Shown one piece after another: positions 40,373 to 49,714 of a stretch of 64,000 nucleotides of DNA. How positions within the stretch are numbered: position 1 is the stretch's first letter; each line of letters starts with the position of its first letter. Under the pieces are notes generated by a model. It had not been told where the DNA came from. It worked only from the letters and a program-made list of their open reading frames with translations, and made no database searches. This DNA is from Candidatus Altimarinota bacterium (GTDB lineage: Bacteria > Patescibacteriota > Gracilibacteria > JBDHUY01). The translations under genes were made by a program, and so were the position numbers. Location of the stretch: NCBI GenBank assembly GCA_039809385.1, contig JBDHUY010000002.1, forward strand, positions 132,058 to 196,057, written 5' to 3'.

Positions 40373-41431
40373 TTATTCTTCCTCTTCTTCCGGCATCTCT
40401 TCTTCCTCTTCGGCTTTGACCGCAGTGACGGGTGCTTCCTGCTTTAATACATCACGCAATTTCTGCTCAAGCGATTGCAACAATTTCGGGTCGTTTTTGA
40501 GTGAATCTTTCGACTGATCGCGACCGACACCCAGCTTCTTATCGCCAAGAGAATACGTATTTCCGGTCTTTTTCACCAGACTGAAGCGAATACCACTATC
40601 TAGCACATCAGCTACGTGATCAACCCCGACGGCATAGATAAAGTCATATTCGGCGGTTTTAAATGGAGGAAACACTTTATTCTTGACCACTTTGATCTTG
40701 ACCCGGTTTCCGATAATCTCTTTGGCATCACCGGTACCCGATTCGATTTTGTCCCCTTTTCGGATATCCACGCGCACTGAAGCATAAAATTTCAAAGCAT
40801 TCCCGCCCGTAGTGGTTTCGGGGTTACCGAACATCACGCCGATCTTCATGCGGATCTGATTCAGAAAGATTACCGTCGTGTTCGTCTTACCAATAGTCGC
40901 CGTCAATTTTCGTAAAGCCTGACTCATTAGACGAGCTTGCAGCCCCATATGTGAATCGCCCATATCACCCTCGATTTCGGCCCGAGGTGTCAGCGCGGCC
41001 ACCGAGTCGATCACGATAATATCGACTCCCCCGGAACGTACCAGCGTTTCGGTAATCTCCAAGGCCTGCTCGCCGTCGTCGGGTTGAGACAAAAGCAGGT
41101 TATCGATATCTACGCCGATCTTTTTGGCATACTCGGGATCAAGCGCATGCTCGGCATCGATAAAAGCAGCTTGTCCGCCCTGTTTTTGAATATTGGCAAT
41201 GACGTTAAGGGCCAACGTCGTTTTTCCCGAAGATTCGGGGCCGAAGATCTCGATGATCCGTCCGCGCGGCATGCCGCCACCCAGAGCTAAATCCAAAGAG
41301 ATAGAACCGGTCGGAATCATGTCGACGTTGAGGCGCTTGGTTTCGCCGAGCTTCATGATCGATCCTTTGCCAAATTGTTTTTCGATCATCGAAATGGCGT
41401 TCTTGACGGCCTCGTTTTTGGGATTGGGCAT
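40373..41431 (-). CDS. recA: Recombinase A
   Basis: [37 protein letters not shown] and GGNALKFY; no intein. Confidence 0.99.
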   Translation of the reverse strand: MPNPKNEAVKNAISMIEKQFGKGSIMKLGETKRLNVDMIPTGSISLDLALGGGMPRGRIIEIFGPESSGKTTLALNVIANIQKQGGQAAFIDAEHALDPEYAKKIGVDIDNLLLSQPDDGEQALEITETLVRSGGVDIIVIDSVAALTPRAEIEGDMGDSHMGLQARLMSQALRKLTATIGKTNTTVIFLNQIRMKIGVMFGNPETTTGGNALKFYASVRVDIRKGDKIESGTGDAKEIIGNRVKIKVVKNKVFPPFKTAEYDFIYAVGVDHVADVLDSGIRFSLVKKTGNTYSLGDKKLGVGRDQSKDSLKNDPKLLQSLEQKLRDVLKQEAPVTAVKAEEEEEMPEEEEE

Positions 41432-41439
41432 GGGGAAGA

Positions 41440-41621
41440 AGTATTAAGTATAAAGTATTACGTATTCGGTATAAAGAAGAACAATCTCAAAGTTCAAATA
41501 CAAAATTTCAAAATAAGTTCAAAACTCGAATATCGAAATATAGTCATGAATTTATTTGGATTTTGGGCTTGGAGATTCTTTTGTCATTTGGTCCGCCGCG
41601 GCGGATTGAAATTTGATATTT
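41440..41621. repeat. Heptamer tracts, with the TCCGCCGCGGCGGA palindrome at 41592-41605
   Basis: AAGTATT-type run abutting the recA start, and TCAAA/TTTGG inverted tracts. Confidence 0.7.
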
Positions 41622-41666
41622 ACGAGATCATTTCATCGTTCAGAGAAACGGTTCATCCTTTCTTCT

Positions 41667-41909
41667 CTATAACCTGTAATAAGACCGTATGCTTTGTTCC
41701 GTCCCGAAAGCGATATCGCTGCCTTTGCAATCCGGGCAGGCATACGTATATTTTTTGCCTTTTCGTAGGGCTTCGACTAATTTTTTGCAGGCCTTGCAGT
41801 AAAAAACAATGGGACCGCGCTGCAAAACGACCGCCTCTGCCAGAGGAGTCTCCACAACGTCGGGTATGGCTTGTTCAGCTACGATAGGCGTTTGATCGGC
41901 TTGATCCAT
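41667..41909 (-). CDS. Small zinc-ribbon protein
   Basis: FYCKACKK...YACPDCKG. Confidence 0.7.
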   Translation of the reverse strand: MDQADQTPIVAEQAIPDVVETPLAEAVVLQRGPIVFYCKACKKLVEALRKGKKYTYACPDCKGSDIAFGTEQSIRSYYRL

Positions 41910-42015
41910 GGGGAAAAATCAAAAATACAAACCCAGTCTATCCGACTGGGCCGGAAAAGCAAGACGAGGTAGCTTCCAAACATCAAAAAACGCTAAATTA
42001 TGAACAAAATAAGCC

Positions 42016-42855
42016 TTAGAAGGCTGCATGCTGCCGTGCATAAGCTTCTACAGTATTGGAAAGCAGCATGGCGACAGTCATAGGACCGACACCCCCGGGC
42101 ACAGGGGTATAAAAGCTGGCCCGCTGTCCGATTCCGGCTGGGTCTACATCACCATATACCTGCTTTTCTTCAAAGGTATTGCCCACATCGATTACCACGG
42201 CGCCTGTTTGAATCATATCTGCACGAATGAGATGCTTGACCCCGGCGGCTACGACCAGAATTTCGGCTGTACGGGTAATCTCTTCCAATCGGTAGGTTTT
42301 ACTGTTACAAACGGTGACGGTAGCACCGGCATTGATCATCATGAGCGCCAGAGGTTTCCCGACTAAATTGCTGCGTCCGACAATCACTACTTTCTTTCCG
42401 GCAATATCGATGTCATAGGCATTCAGCAGCGCCATGATCCCCAGAGGCGTCGCCGGAGCCAGAGTCGGCCGTTGTAAAAAAAGGTTTCCAACATTCAAAG
42501 GATGAAATCCGTCCACATCTTTATCCGGACGGATCGCTTCGATGATCGTAGTTTTATCGAACTGGACTGGCAAAGGCAATTGAACGATCAAGCCCGAAAA
42601 CGATTCGTTGGCATTGACGCGTCGGATCGTTTCCAAGACTTCGGCCTGTGTAACATTTTGAGAGAACTGGAGTAATTCAAAACCGATACCGATTTTTTCA
42701 CAGCTTTTACGCTTCAAACCGATATAACTGAGCGAAGCGAGATTATCTCCTACCAGGATCACCCCCAGTTTAGGCGGTGAGGAAAAAGCGGCCACGCGTT
42801 CGGCCAGTTTTTCCAAAATAGCAGTAGAAACACGCCGTCCATCTAATAAAATCAT
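42016..42855 (-). CDS. folD: Methylenetetrahydrofolate dehydrogenase/cyclohydrolase
   Basis: VQLPLP, KDVDGFHP, GRSNLVGKP and TPVPGGVGPMT. Confidence 0.97.
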   Translation of the reverse strand: MILLDGRRVSTAILEKLAERVAAFSSPPKLGVILVGDNLASLSYIGLKRKSCEKIGIGFELLQFSQNVTQAEVLETIRRVNANESFSGLIVQLPLPVQFDKTTIIEAIRPDKDVDGFHPLNVGNLFLQRPTLAPATPLGIMALLNAYDIDIAGKKVVIVGRSNLVGKPLALMMINAGATVTVCNSKTYRLEEITRTAEILVVAAGVKHLIRADMIQTGAVVIDVGNTFEEKQVYGDVDPAGIGQRASFYTPVPGGVGPMTVAMLLSNTVEAYARQHAAF

Positions 42856-42904
42856 GTATACTATAGTAAAGAGATCAAAATTCCGAAAAACGACGAGTGT
42901 CTCG

Positions 42905-43327
42905 TTAAGCTTTTTTCTGGTTCTTAGGACTGTTTAAACAATCTACTATCTCCCGAAACAATAGAACCGGAGATGAAGACAAACCTCTACCTCCTTTCAA
43001 AACTTGCAAATCGGTCAATTTTTGTTCTTTGCAGGATATAATAATGTCTTCGTCCGTACTGTAGGCCACAAGGAGTATTCTCAAGTTTTTAATACAATCT
43101 CGAACGGCAGATAGTCTTTCCCAAAAATAAGATCCAGCACTGTCGGTTACGACAACCGCTTTGCAGTTAGCAAAATGGTTTTGCAGCAGATTTCGTCCGT
43201 TGGCAGGCGAAAGGACGGTAAAGGAAGATTGATGAGATCGATTGAATGCTTTCCAAAAGGCGGGATCTTCATCTCCGACAAGACATACTGGCAGGTATTC
43301 CGTTTCTTGATTTGCATCGCCTTCCAT
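42905..43327 (-). CDS. Hypothetical protein, possibly a degenerate receiver-like fold
   Basis: Alternating beta/alpha pattern (VCLVGDED...AVVVTD...LLVAYS). Start re-placed at ATG 43327. Confidence 0.5.
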   Translation of the reverse strand: MEGDANQETEYLPVCLVGDEDPAFWKAFNRSHQSSFTVLSPANGRNLLQNHFANCKAVVVTDSAGSYFWERLSAVRDCIKNLRILLVAYSTDEDIIISCKEQKLTDLQVLKGGRGLSSSPVLLFREIVDCLNSPKNQKKA

Positions 43328-43439
43328 AGCGATAGTATAAAATTGCGGTAGGAAAACAATAAAATATTGAAGCGGGAAAAAAAATATCCTGAAAAATAAA
43401 GGCAGCGATGAAATTGTGTCTTCTAAAAAACAATGATGA

Positions 43440-44156
43440 TCAAGGGTATTGCGGCGTTTCGAGAAAATGGAACGGCCATACCACAAACCAGGTTTTTCCG
43501 ATAATCTGGTCGAGGGTAATAAACGGTGTAGCACCCGGAAGACGACAACTGTTAAAACAGGCGCGCGCATCGGTACTATTGTTGCGATTGTCTCCCATGA
43601 CAAAATAGGAACCATCCGGAACCGTAAATTCCTTTTGCGGCAACCTCGTATAATCGCAGGTATTGATTTTTTGCCCGTCCTGAATCTGATTGCACTTGAG
43701 ATAAGACTCATCGAGCACCAACCCCTCGGGATGTTCTTTATTGGTAATCACTACCTGATTTTGTTCGAAACGGATGGTGTCACCGGGAAGACCGATAACG
43801 CGTTTGATGTAGTATGTGTCGCGGTCGATCGGCGGTTTCAGAACGACTATATCGCCGCGCTGAGGTACTCCGAAATGAAAACCGAGCAGTCCGTGGTACG
43901 ACCATTTGTCGACCATAATAAATTGCTTATCCAACAAGGTGTTGGTCATGGAGGAACCGCTGACCTGAAAAGGCGACAAGATATATGTACGCACAAACCA
44001 GACCAGCAGAAAGATCAGTACCAGATCCAGAAAAAAGTCGAGATACCCCAACAGACGCTGTTTCCAGGTTTTCTCTGGTCTTATCGGTTGAGGCGTCAAT
44101 TCGGGGATAAGGGGTGATCCGTTTTCGCCAGAAGCGGCAGAGGTCTCCATACTCAT
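43440..44156 (-). CDS. lepB: Signal peptidase I
   Basis: FQVSGSSMTNTL, RGDIVV, YIKRVIGLPGD and YFVMGDNRNNSTD. Confidence 0.95.
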   Translation of the reverse strand: MSMETSAASGENGSPLIPELTPQPIRPEKTWKQRLLGYLDFFLDLVLIFLLVWFVRTYILSPFQVSGSSMTNTLLDKQFIMVDKWSYHGLLGFHFGVPQRGDIVVLKPPIDRDTYYIKRVIGLPGDTIRFEQNQVVITNKEHPEGLVLDESYLKCNQIQDGQKINTCDYTRLPQKEFTVPDGSYFVMGDNRNNSTDARACFNSCRLPGATPFITLDQIIGKTWFVVWPFHFLETPQYP

Positions 44157-44327
44157 TACGGGGGTAAGACAGTAAAACATCAATCTCTTTCACATACTAC
44201 GTCCCAAGAGAACATAGTATTGCAATTATAATTGGCTTTGGGATGAGGTGCAAATTTTAAAAGACGCGGTACCCCGCTTTTTTGATTTTTTGGAGCGCAT
44301 TTGTTATACTGTAAAGAAATATTCGCC

Positions 44328-45641
44328 ATGCCCGTAAACCAAAATCAACCCCAAACCATTACCGCCGATCAAAAAAACGCGGCCGCCTTATCCTATGTAT
44401 GGATCATGAGCATCCTTATCTGGACGGCCCGCCGGGATGATCCTTTTGTGCGATTTCACGCCAGACAAGCGATAGCCTTGTTCCTGATCTCTCTCGTAGC
44501 CTGGTTTATCCCGCTTCTCAACCAGGGACTGGAACTGTTTCTGGCTGTTTTCATGATTATGGGTTTTGTACAGGCAGCTCAGGGACATTATGCACGTCTG
44601 CCTCTGATTTATTCATTGGTACATACCCAAAATCCGGTAAAGAGCAACACGGTTCAACTTGGAAAGATCATAACGTATATTTTTCTTTTTGTACGCGGCA
44701 CCATCAGCAAAGATAGTCAGATAGGGCTGAAACTGGCAGCGTTGCGCCGCGAAATAGTCAATCCGGAAACTATGGCAATTCCACCTTCGCCTGCAGGAGA
44801 GGAACCCCGTACCGAATCGGAACGACATTTAGCCGCCCTGAGTTATGTATGGATACTGAGCGTGGTAATCGCGGCCGGCAAGAACCGTTCGGAGTTTACG
44901 CTGTTCCATGCCCGGCAGGGAGTAGTTTTGTTTACTCTGTCGGTATTTTTCTGGATGCTGGGAAGTCTGGGATTTTATCTGAACATCCTGGTTTTGTTTG
45001 CAATGCTGGCTGGCTTCATCATGGCTCTCAACGGAGAAATGCCGCGTCTGCCGCTCGTCGCATCTTTGGTGAATCGATTCCCTACCCTGGAACATCTTTA
45101 CCTGATGGTAAAAGCCCATGCGATATACGCAGGATCTTTCTTCACAGGTGTCGAGAAGAACACCCCGCCCCGCGGCCAAGCCCGGAGTGAAATCGAACGG
45201 GGTGTCTTTGAAGCGTTCCAGAAAAAAAAAGCGCTTCTTCCCAGTATACCGGGCGACGATCCGGACATAGCCGCCGTTTCGTATGTAGGACTTGCCCCGC
45301 TGATATGGCTCATTCACGGGAAAAAAACTTTTATCGCGTTTCATGCCAGACAGGCCTCGCTCCTGTTGGTGCTGGGAGCTATGTTTCTGCTCTTTGAACC
45401 AATGCGGACCATGACCTGGCTCGTTGTCGGGTTATTACTTCTTGGCTTTCTCAAAGCGCTCAAAGGCGAGTGGTATACGATCGCGTTTATCTATGATGTT
45501 TCCACTTCCCGCGTCACCATCCGCGACATCCTGCGTGGGCTTTCAATCATTCTGAAAAACGGATTTACCTTTATCGGTCGCATCCTAAAACCTTCCTCAA
45601 AAACCGACAACAAAACGCCCGATTCCTCCCTACCTTCCTAA
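44328..45641 (+). CDS. Membrane protein with three tandem DUF4870-like repeats
   Basis: Three copies of AAxSYV...FHARQ...G...(LP). Confidence 0.8.
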   Translation: MPVNQNQPQTITADQKNAAALSYVWIMSILIWTARRDDPFVRFHARQAIALFLISLVAWFIPLLNQGLELFLAVFMIMGFVQAAQGHYARLPLIYSLVHTQNPVKSNTVQLGKIITYIFLFVRGTISKDSQIGLKLAALRREIVNPETMAIPPSPAGEEPRTESERHLAALSYVWILSVVIAAGKNRSEFTLFHARQGVVLFTLSVFFWMLGSLGFYLNILVLFAMLAGFIMALNGEMPRLPLVASLVNRFPTLEHLYLMVKAHAIYAGSFFTGVEKNTPPRGQARSEIERGVFEAFQKKKALLPSIPGDDPDIAAVSYVGLAPLIWLIHGKKTFIAFHARQASLLLVLGAMFLLFEPMRTMTWLVVGLLLLGFLKALKGEWYTIAFIYDVSTSRVTIRDILRGLSIILKNGFTFIGRILKPSSKTDNKTPDSSLPS

Positions 45642-45652
45642 ATATTACGTGT

Positions 45653-46186
45653 ATGGACCGTCATATGCTGAACCTCGCCCAGGAACAAACCGATGCCGAC
45701 GATACCGCCTCTTTGCGCGGAGCTTATAATAGCGCCGGACTCGAACTGTCCGCGGTCACCAATAAAATAAAGCTCGGATTTTCACAGTTCGTAAAACTGA
45801 TGGGGGGCAAAGATATCGATAAAATTCTTCGCAACAAAGAGCCGAAAAGCAAAGAAGAGGAGATCATCGTGAGCGGAAAACTTCTGACAGAGATCACGAC
45901 TGCGCCGTTAAGCGCCCAGCGGAAAAGCCGTAACCTCTTAAGCGGCGTATTTATCATCGGCGTGCTATTGGGTGGCTGCTGCAGCGTCTTTTTCCTGCTA
46001 TTATTACAAAAAGGTCAGATCGAAATCACCCCGACCCTTCTATCCTATATGGGAATCGGTTTTTTCAGTGCGCTGGTTTTGATGGTCGGTGTCCCCTTGT
46101 TTCTGGCGGCACTGGAGCCGTATCTGAAAAAAATTCAGGAGAAACACCACGACTTCGTAGAACGCCTGATGACCCTCTTCCAATGA
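45653..46186 (+). CDS. Hypothetical membrane protein (2 TM)
   Basis: 177-aa ORF in operon context with two hydrophobic helices. Confidence 0.7.
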   Translation: MDRHMLNLAQEQTDADDTASLRGAYNSAGLELSAVTNKIKLGFSQFVKLMGGKDIDKILRNKEPKSKEEEIIVSGKLLTEITTAPLSAQRKSRNLLSGVFIIGVLLGGCCSVFFLLLLQKGQIEITPTLLSYMGIGFFSALVLMVGVPLFLAALEPYLKKIQEKHHDFVERLMTLFQ

Positions 46187-46283
46187 AAAACATATAAACC
46201 GTCTTTAAAATATGCTATAATTTTGACGAAGAGCATAAAAACGTCCAAGGAAAAAAATAAATATAAATACCCAATACTCTCTT

Positions 46284-46689
46284 ATGAATACAAAAGGATT
46301 TACGCTGGTAGAATTAATTGTCGTGATAGGTATCGTAGGCATCCTGGTCATCGGGCTGGTCGCTTTTTTGAGCGGCAATACAAAAAACGCCCAGAATCAA
46401 GCAGTCGAAAATCAGATGGATATTCTGGAACAGCAGGTGAAAGCTTTTAAAAACGTTCACGGTACCTACCCGCATAACATTCAGGTCGGAAACAGCAACC
46501 TCAATGGGTAACGGATTACAAGCGTTGTATCGTAACATTCAAGTTCGGGGCCCATATAATTCTGGTGAGAAATCGAAATTGTATCCTCCACGTCGTGTTC
46601 TGAAACAAAGATTCGGAAAGTCTTTCACACTCATGAAACATTTAGGAAGTCGAATCCTACCAGTATTAGAAAGCATTTACACCGTTTAA
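46284..46689 (+). pseudogene. Type IV pilin-like gene, probably frameshifted near 46500
   Basis: KGFTLVEL prepilin motif and GTYP; stops at 46511, but the +1 frame stays open to 46689, 13 nt before the next pilin. Confidence 0.6.
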
Positions 46690-46702
46690 TCTGGCAAGTC
46701 GT

Positions 46703-47521
46703 ATGTATCGCTCTCCGAAAAATATAAAAACGAAAGCCGGTTTTACGCTCATAGAACTGGTGGTAGTGATAAGTCTGATCGCCATCTTGACGGTTATTTC
46801 GTCACTCTCGTTCTCCTTTAATCCGGCTTCTGCGGCAAAAACTTACGCTTCCCGACTTATAACGGATATGTATACGCTGAAAAAAGAAAGTCTGTTGATT
46901 TCTTCTTTTCCCCCCGGAGTTTTCACGATCTATAACAACGATCTTGGTTATTCGATGAGCGGCAGCGATACCGCGCATATCCGAATGGTACAGCAGACCC
47001 CTGTCAGCGGTTCTTCGCAGCAGGAGAGAGTATTTACATACAAATTGCAGCAACCGGGAACAAACGGATTTGTCGATTATCCCTACAATCCAGATACGGA
47101 TCCCTTGCGGATACAGTACCGAAACCCTGCCGGAACGATCATCACGCCGGCTTTGCAGAATAGCGGAAGTACATTGACAATCGATATTCCTCAGCCGACT
47201 CTGACCCGGACTATGACATTTTATCTGCAAGATCCGCAGAAAATTCAAGAAAAAACGCTGGAAACCACCTATACGTTTCTGGACAGCTCGAACTATAATA
47301 CCGACGAAGACGACAATATTGCCCTCGGTCTGCGCGACGTCAATCAACAACCGATCGAAGGGATACATATTTCCTTCGATTCGCTGGGACATATCGTTAT
47401 GACCGATGTGATAAATACAGCGAAAAGCTACGACAAAGTAGAAATTCAGTTTATCCTCAAAGAAACCGGAACCGTTCTTACGACCTTACAACTCCCGAAT
47501 GACCTCGCCAAGAACCCGTAA
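46703..47521 (+). CDS. Prepilin-type N-terminal cleavage/methylation protein
   Basis: KAGFTLIELVVVISLIAIL. Confidence 0.85.
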   Translation: MYRSPKNIKTKAGFTLIELVVVISLIAILTVISSLSFSFNPASAAKTYASRLITDMYTLKKESLLISSFPPGVFTIYNNDLGYSMSGSDTAHIRMVQQTPVSGSSQQERVFTYKLQQPGTNGFVDYPYNPDTDPLRIQYRNPAGTIITPALQNSGSTLTIDIPQPTLTRTMTFYLQDPQKIQEKTLETTYTFLDSSNYNTDEDDNIALGLRDVNQQPIEGIHISFDSLGHIVMTDVINTAKSYDKVEIQFILKETGTVLTTLQLPNDLAKNP

Positions 47522-48341
47522 AGCGTTTACGCTATTGGAAACAATTATCGCCAGTTTTATATTCCTGATCGTATTGGTCGCTTCGTTTGCCATGTACCAG
47601 TATCTTTTCCGTATAGGCGCCGAAAGCCGCTACCTGTCGGACGTGAACAATGTGGAACAATCGGCATTTGAGGTTATTGAAAGTATCGTGCGACTGGATG
47701 GTTGGGAAAACTTCTATAACAATTTCGTTCTGGGACATGAGAACGAAGAGTTCGCACTTTCTCTGGTCGACGGAAAATACAAACTGGTAGCCGCGGATAA
47801 CAACGGCAACAACCAGGTTCCCTATACCGATCAGGGACGGGTTCTGTCGTGGAAGTTCGAGTTCAAAAACGACGATACGCACCTGGGGCCCTATTTAAAA
47901 AAGATAAAAAACGACCCGGCCGGGACGTACACATTTGAATTTTCGCAGCCTATCACCACGACCGCTGCAAGCGGGCAATTGGACGAAATCTTGCCGGTCA
48001 CGACGAATCCGGCGCACAGCTGGACACCGGAAAGCGCGTATATTACCGGTTCAAACGAATCCATTCCTCCCTTTACGCAAACACAATCGGTCACAATTAA
48101 GGCCAGCAACGCCACTACCGTTGTACCCGGCGACCGGATTAACCCTTCAACCGATATCTTTTTTACCAATAGCGATGGAGGCAGACTGAGTGATATTACC
48201 TATGCAAAAGGGGTTTTGATCCCGCAGGCACAAGGGATATCTACAGGATATCCGCAGGCTTTTCGGGTCTGCGTAACAACCGCCGTACAGGAAACCGACG
48301 TAGATCGGCGTACCTGTCAATATATACGTTATCAGGAATAG
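47499..48341 (+). CDS. Prepilin-type protein (minor pilin-like)
   Basis: RKAFTLLETIIASFIF. Confidence 0.82.
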   Translation: MTSPRTRKAFTLLETIIASFIFLIVLVASFAMYQYLFRIGAESRYLSDVNNVEQSAFEVIESIVRLDGWENFYNNFVLGHENEEFALSLVDGKYKLVAADNNGNNQVPYTDQGRVLSWKFEFKNDDTHLGPYLKKIKNDPAGTYTFEFSQPITTTAASGQLDEILPVTTNPAHSWTPESAYITGSNESIPPFTQTQSVTIKASNATTVVPGDRINPSTDIFFTNSDGGRLSDITYAKGVLIPQAQGISTGYPQAFRVCVTTAVQETDVDRRTCQYIRYQE

Positions 48342-48465
48342 ATTTCAAATCACAAATATCAAATGACAAAAAAATACCAAATATCAAAGTTCAAAACGAT
48401 CAATTGCTTTTTATCATTTGATATTTGAACTTATTTTGTATTTGTGATTTGAACTTTGGCATTAT
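48342..48465. repeat. Inverted heptamer-tract element
   Basis: TTCAAATCACAAATA (48344-48358) and TATTTGTGATTTGAA (48439-48453) form a perfect inverted repeat amid 7-bp-period units. Confidence 0.8.
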
Positions 48466-48540
48466 GTAGATCTATACATGTTGCGGCAATATAACCCACT
48501 ATTGTAAACAAATTTATATCACTCTGAAATGTGAAATGGT

Positions 48541-49494
48541 ATGAGAAGTATCTCTCTTCACAAAGGTTTTACGCTCATCGAAGTTCTGGTAACGGTCGCT
48601 GTGAGCAGCGTGCTCTTTTTGACCATTGCCAACCTGATGACGACCATGGTAACGACCAATACATCGATCAAAGACAATATCGGTATAAACGACGAAAAAG
48701 AGACAGTCTTCTTGACGTTAAAAAATCATCTCGACGAGGCTGAACAAGTTGTCTATCCGACAAGTCTTACCGAAAACGCGGAAAATTTTTTCATTGTCCA
48801 GAATAGTGTCGAAAGCGACTTGCTCCCCTTTACGGCCTTTGTAACGTCCCAGGACAATGTAAATGCGGCGAGGAACCTCAAAGTCTATAACTTCGGTTTC
48901 TCAACCCAGACACAGCAACCTGTCAGCTCGATTGCTTCCCCAAACGAAGGCGGCTATTGTCTCGATTTTTATAACAATCGAGTACTGAAAAGCGGTTCGT
49001 GTGTGAAGACCGATACCTTATGCCAGGACGGGAACAGTACCGAGTGTGTGATTGCAGGCGGCTCAGATGAAAATTTACAGTTTGGATTGCGGGCCTTCGC
49101 TCCGTATATCCGGATCCAAAAACCGACCGATCTGAGAATTTCCGGCAATATTCTGTATATTCTGTCTCCCTACGAGCAGCGCGAATACCAGATCCAGCTG
49201 GATACGCTCCAGGTCTCCGCTATATCACTAAGCAACGACGGATTTTATTATCGCTATAACGGAACGACTCCAACCAAGGCCGATTTTTCGGTTCTCCCCA
49301 ATTTCACAGGGATAACTCCGCTCGAATCGCGTTATAGTTTAACACGACTGTCGTTGCTGAGAAACGTCTACGCATCGACTTCGCCCTATTACCAGCTCGA
49401 TCAGATCATTTATACTCTTGCCAAACCGGAGAACGATAACGTAAATAGTGAAAATGGTACCAGCTTCTTTTTATTCAAGTTGTTTCGGAGATAG
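48541..49494 (+). CDS. Prepilin-type protein (minor pilin-like)
   Basis: HKGFTLIEVLVTVAVSSVL. Confidence 0.85.
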   Translation: MRSISLHKGFTLIEVLVTVAVSSVLFLTIANLMTTMVTTNTSIKDNIGINDEKETVFLTLKNHLDEAEQVVYPTSLTENAENFFIVQNSVESDLLPFTAFVTSQDNVNAARNLKVYNFGFSTQTQQPVSSIASPNEGGYCLDFYNNRVLKSGSCVKTDTLCQDGNSTECVIAGGSDENLQFGLRAFAPYIRIQKPTDLRISGNILYILSPYEQREYQIQLDTLQVSAISLSNDGFYYRYNGTTPTKADFSVLPNFTGITPLESRYSLTRLSLLRNVYASTSPYYQLDQIIYTLAKPENDNVNSENGTSFFLFKLFRR

Positions 49495-49714
49495 TTGGGC
49501 AAAAAAGGAAGGGATTGGATTGAAGATGTGACCAAAATCTTTGGAAATGGTTATTACCCCCTTTCCGATAGCTAGATTTTCCGATCCTTATTTATAAATC
49601 TGTTTGCAATTTGATATTGGGATTTCCTGTGTCATCATTGTTTTGAGAAACTCCAATATCCGGATTTCGCAGCATAGGAAGAAATAAATATATCACTGAA
49701 ATTACTATTTAGAT

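Noticed and set aside
46284-49494. Diversity-generating retroelement or shufflon acting on the pilins
   Set aside because: No reverse transcriptase, template/variable repeat pair, invertase or flanking inverted sites were seen in the window.
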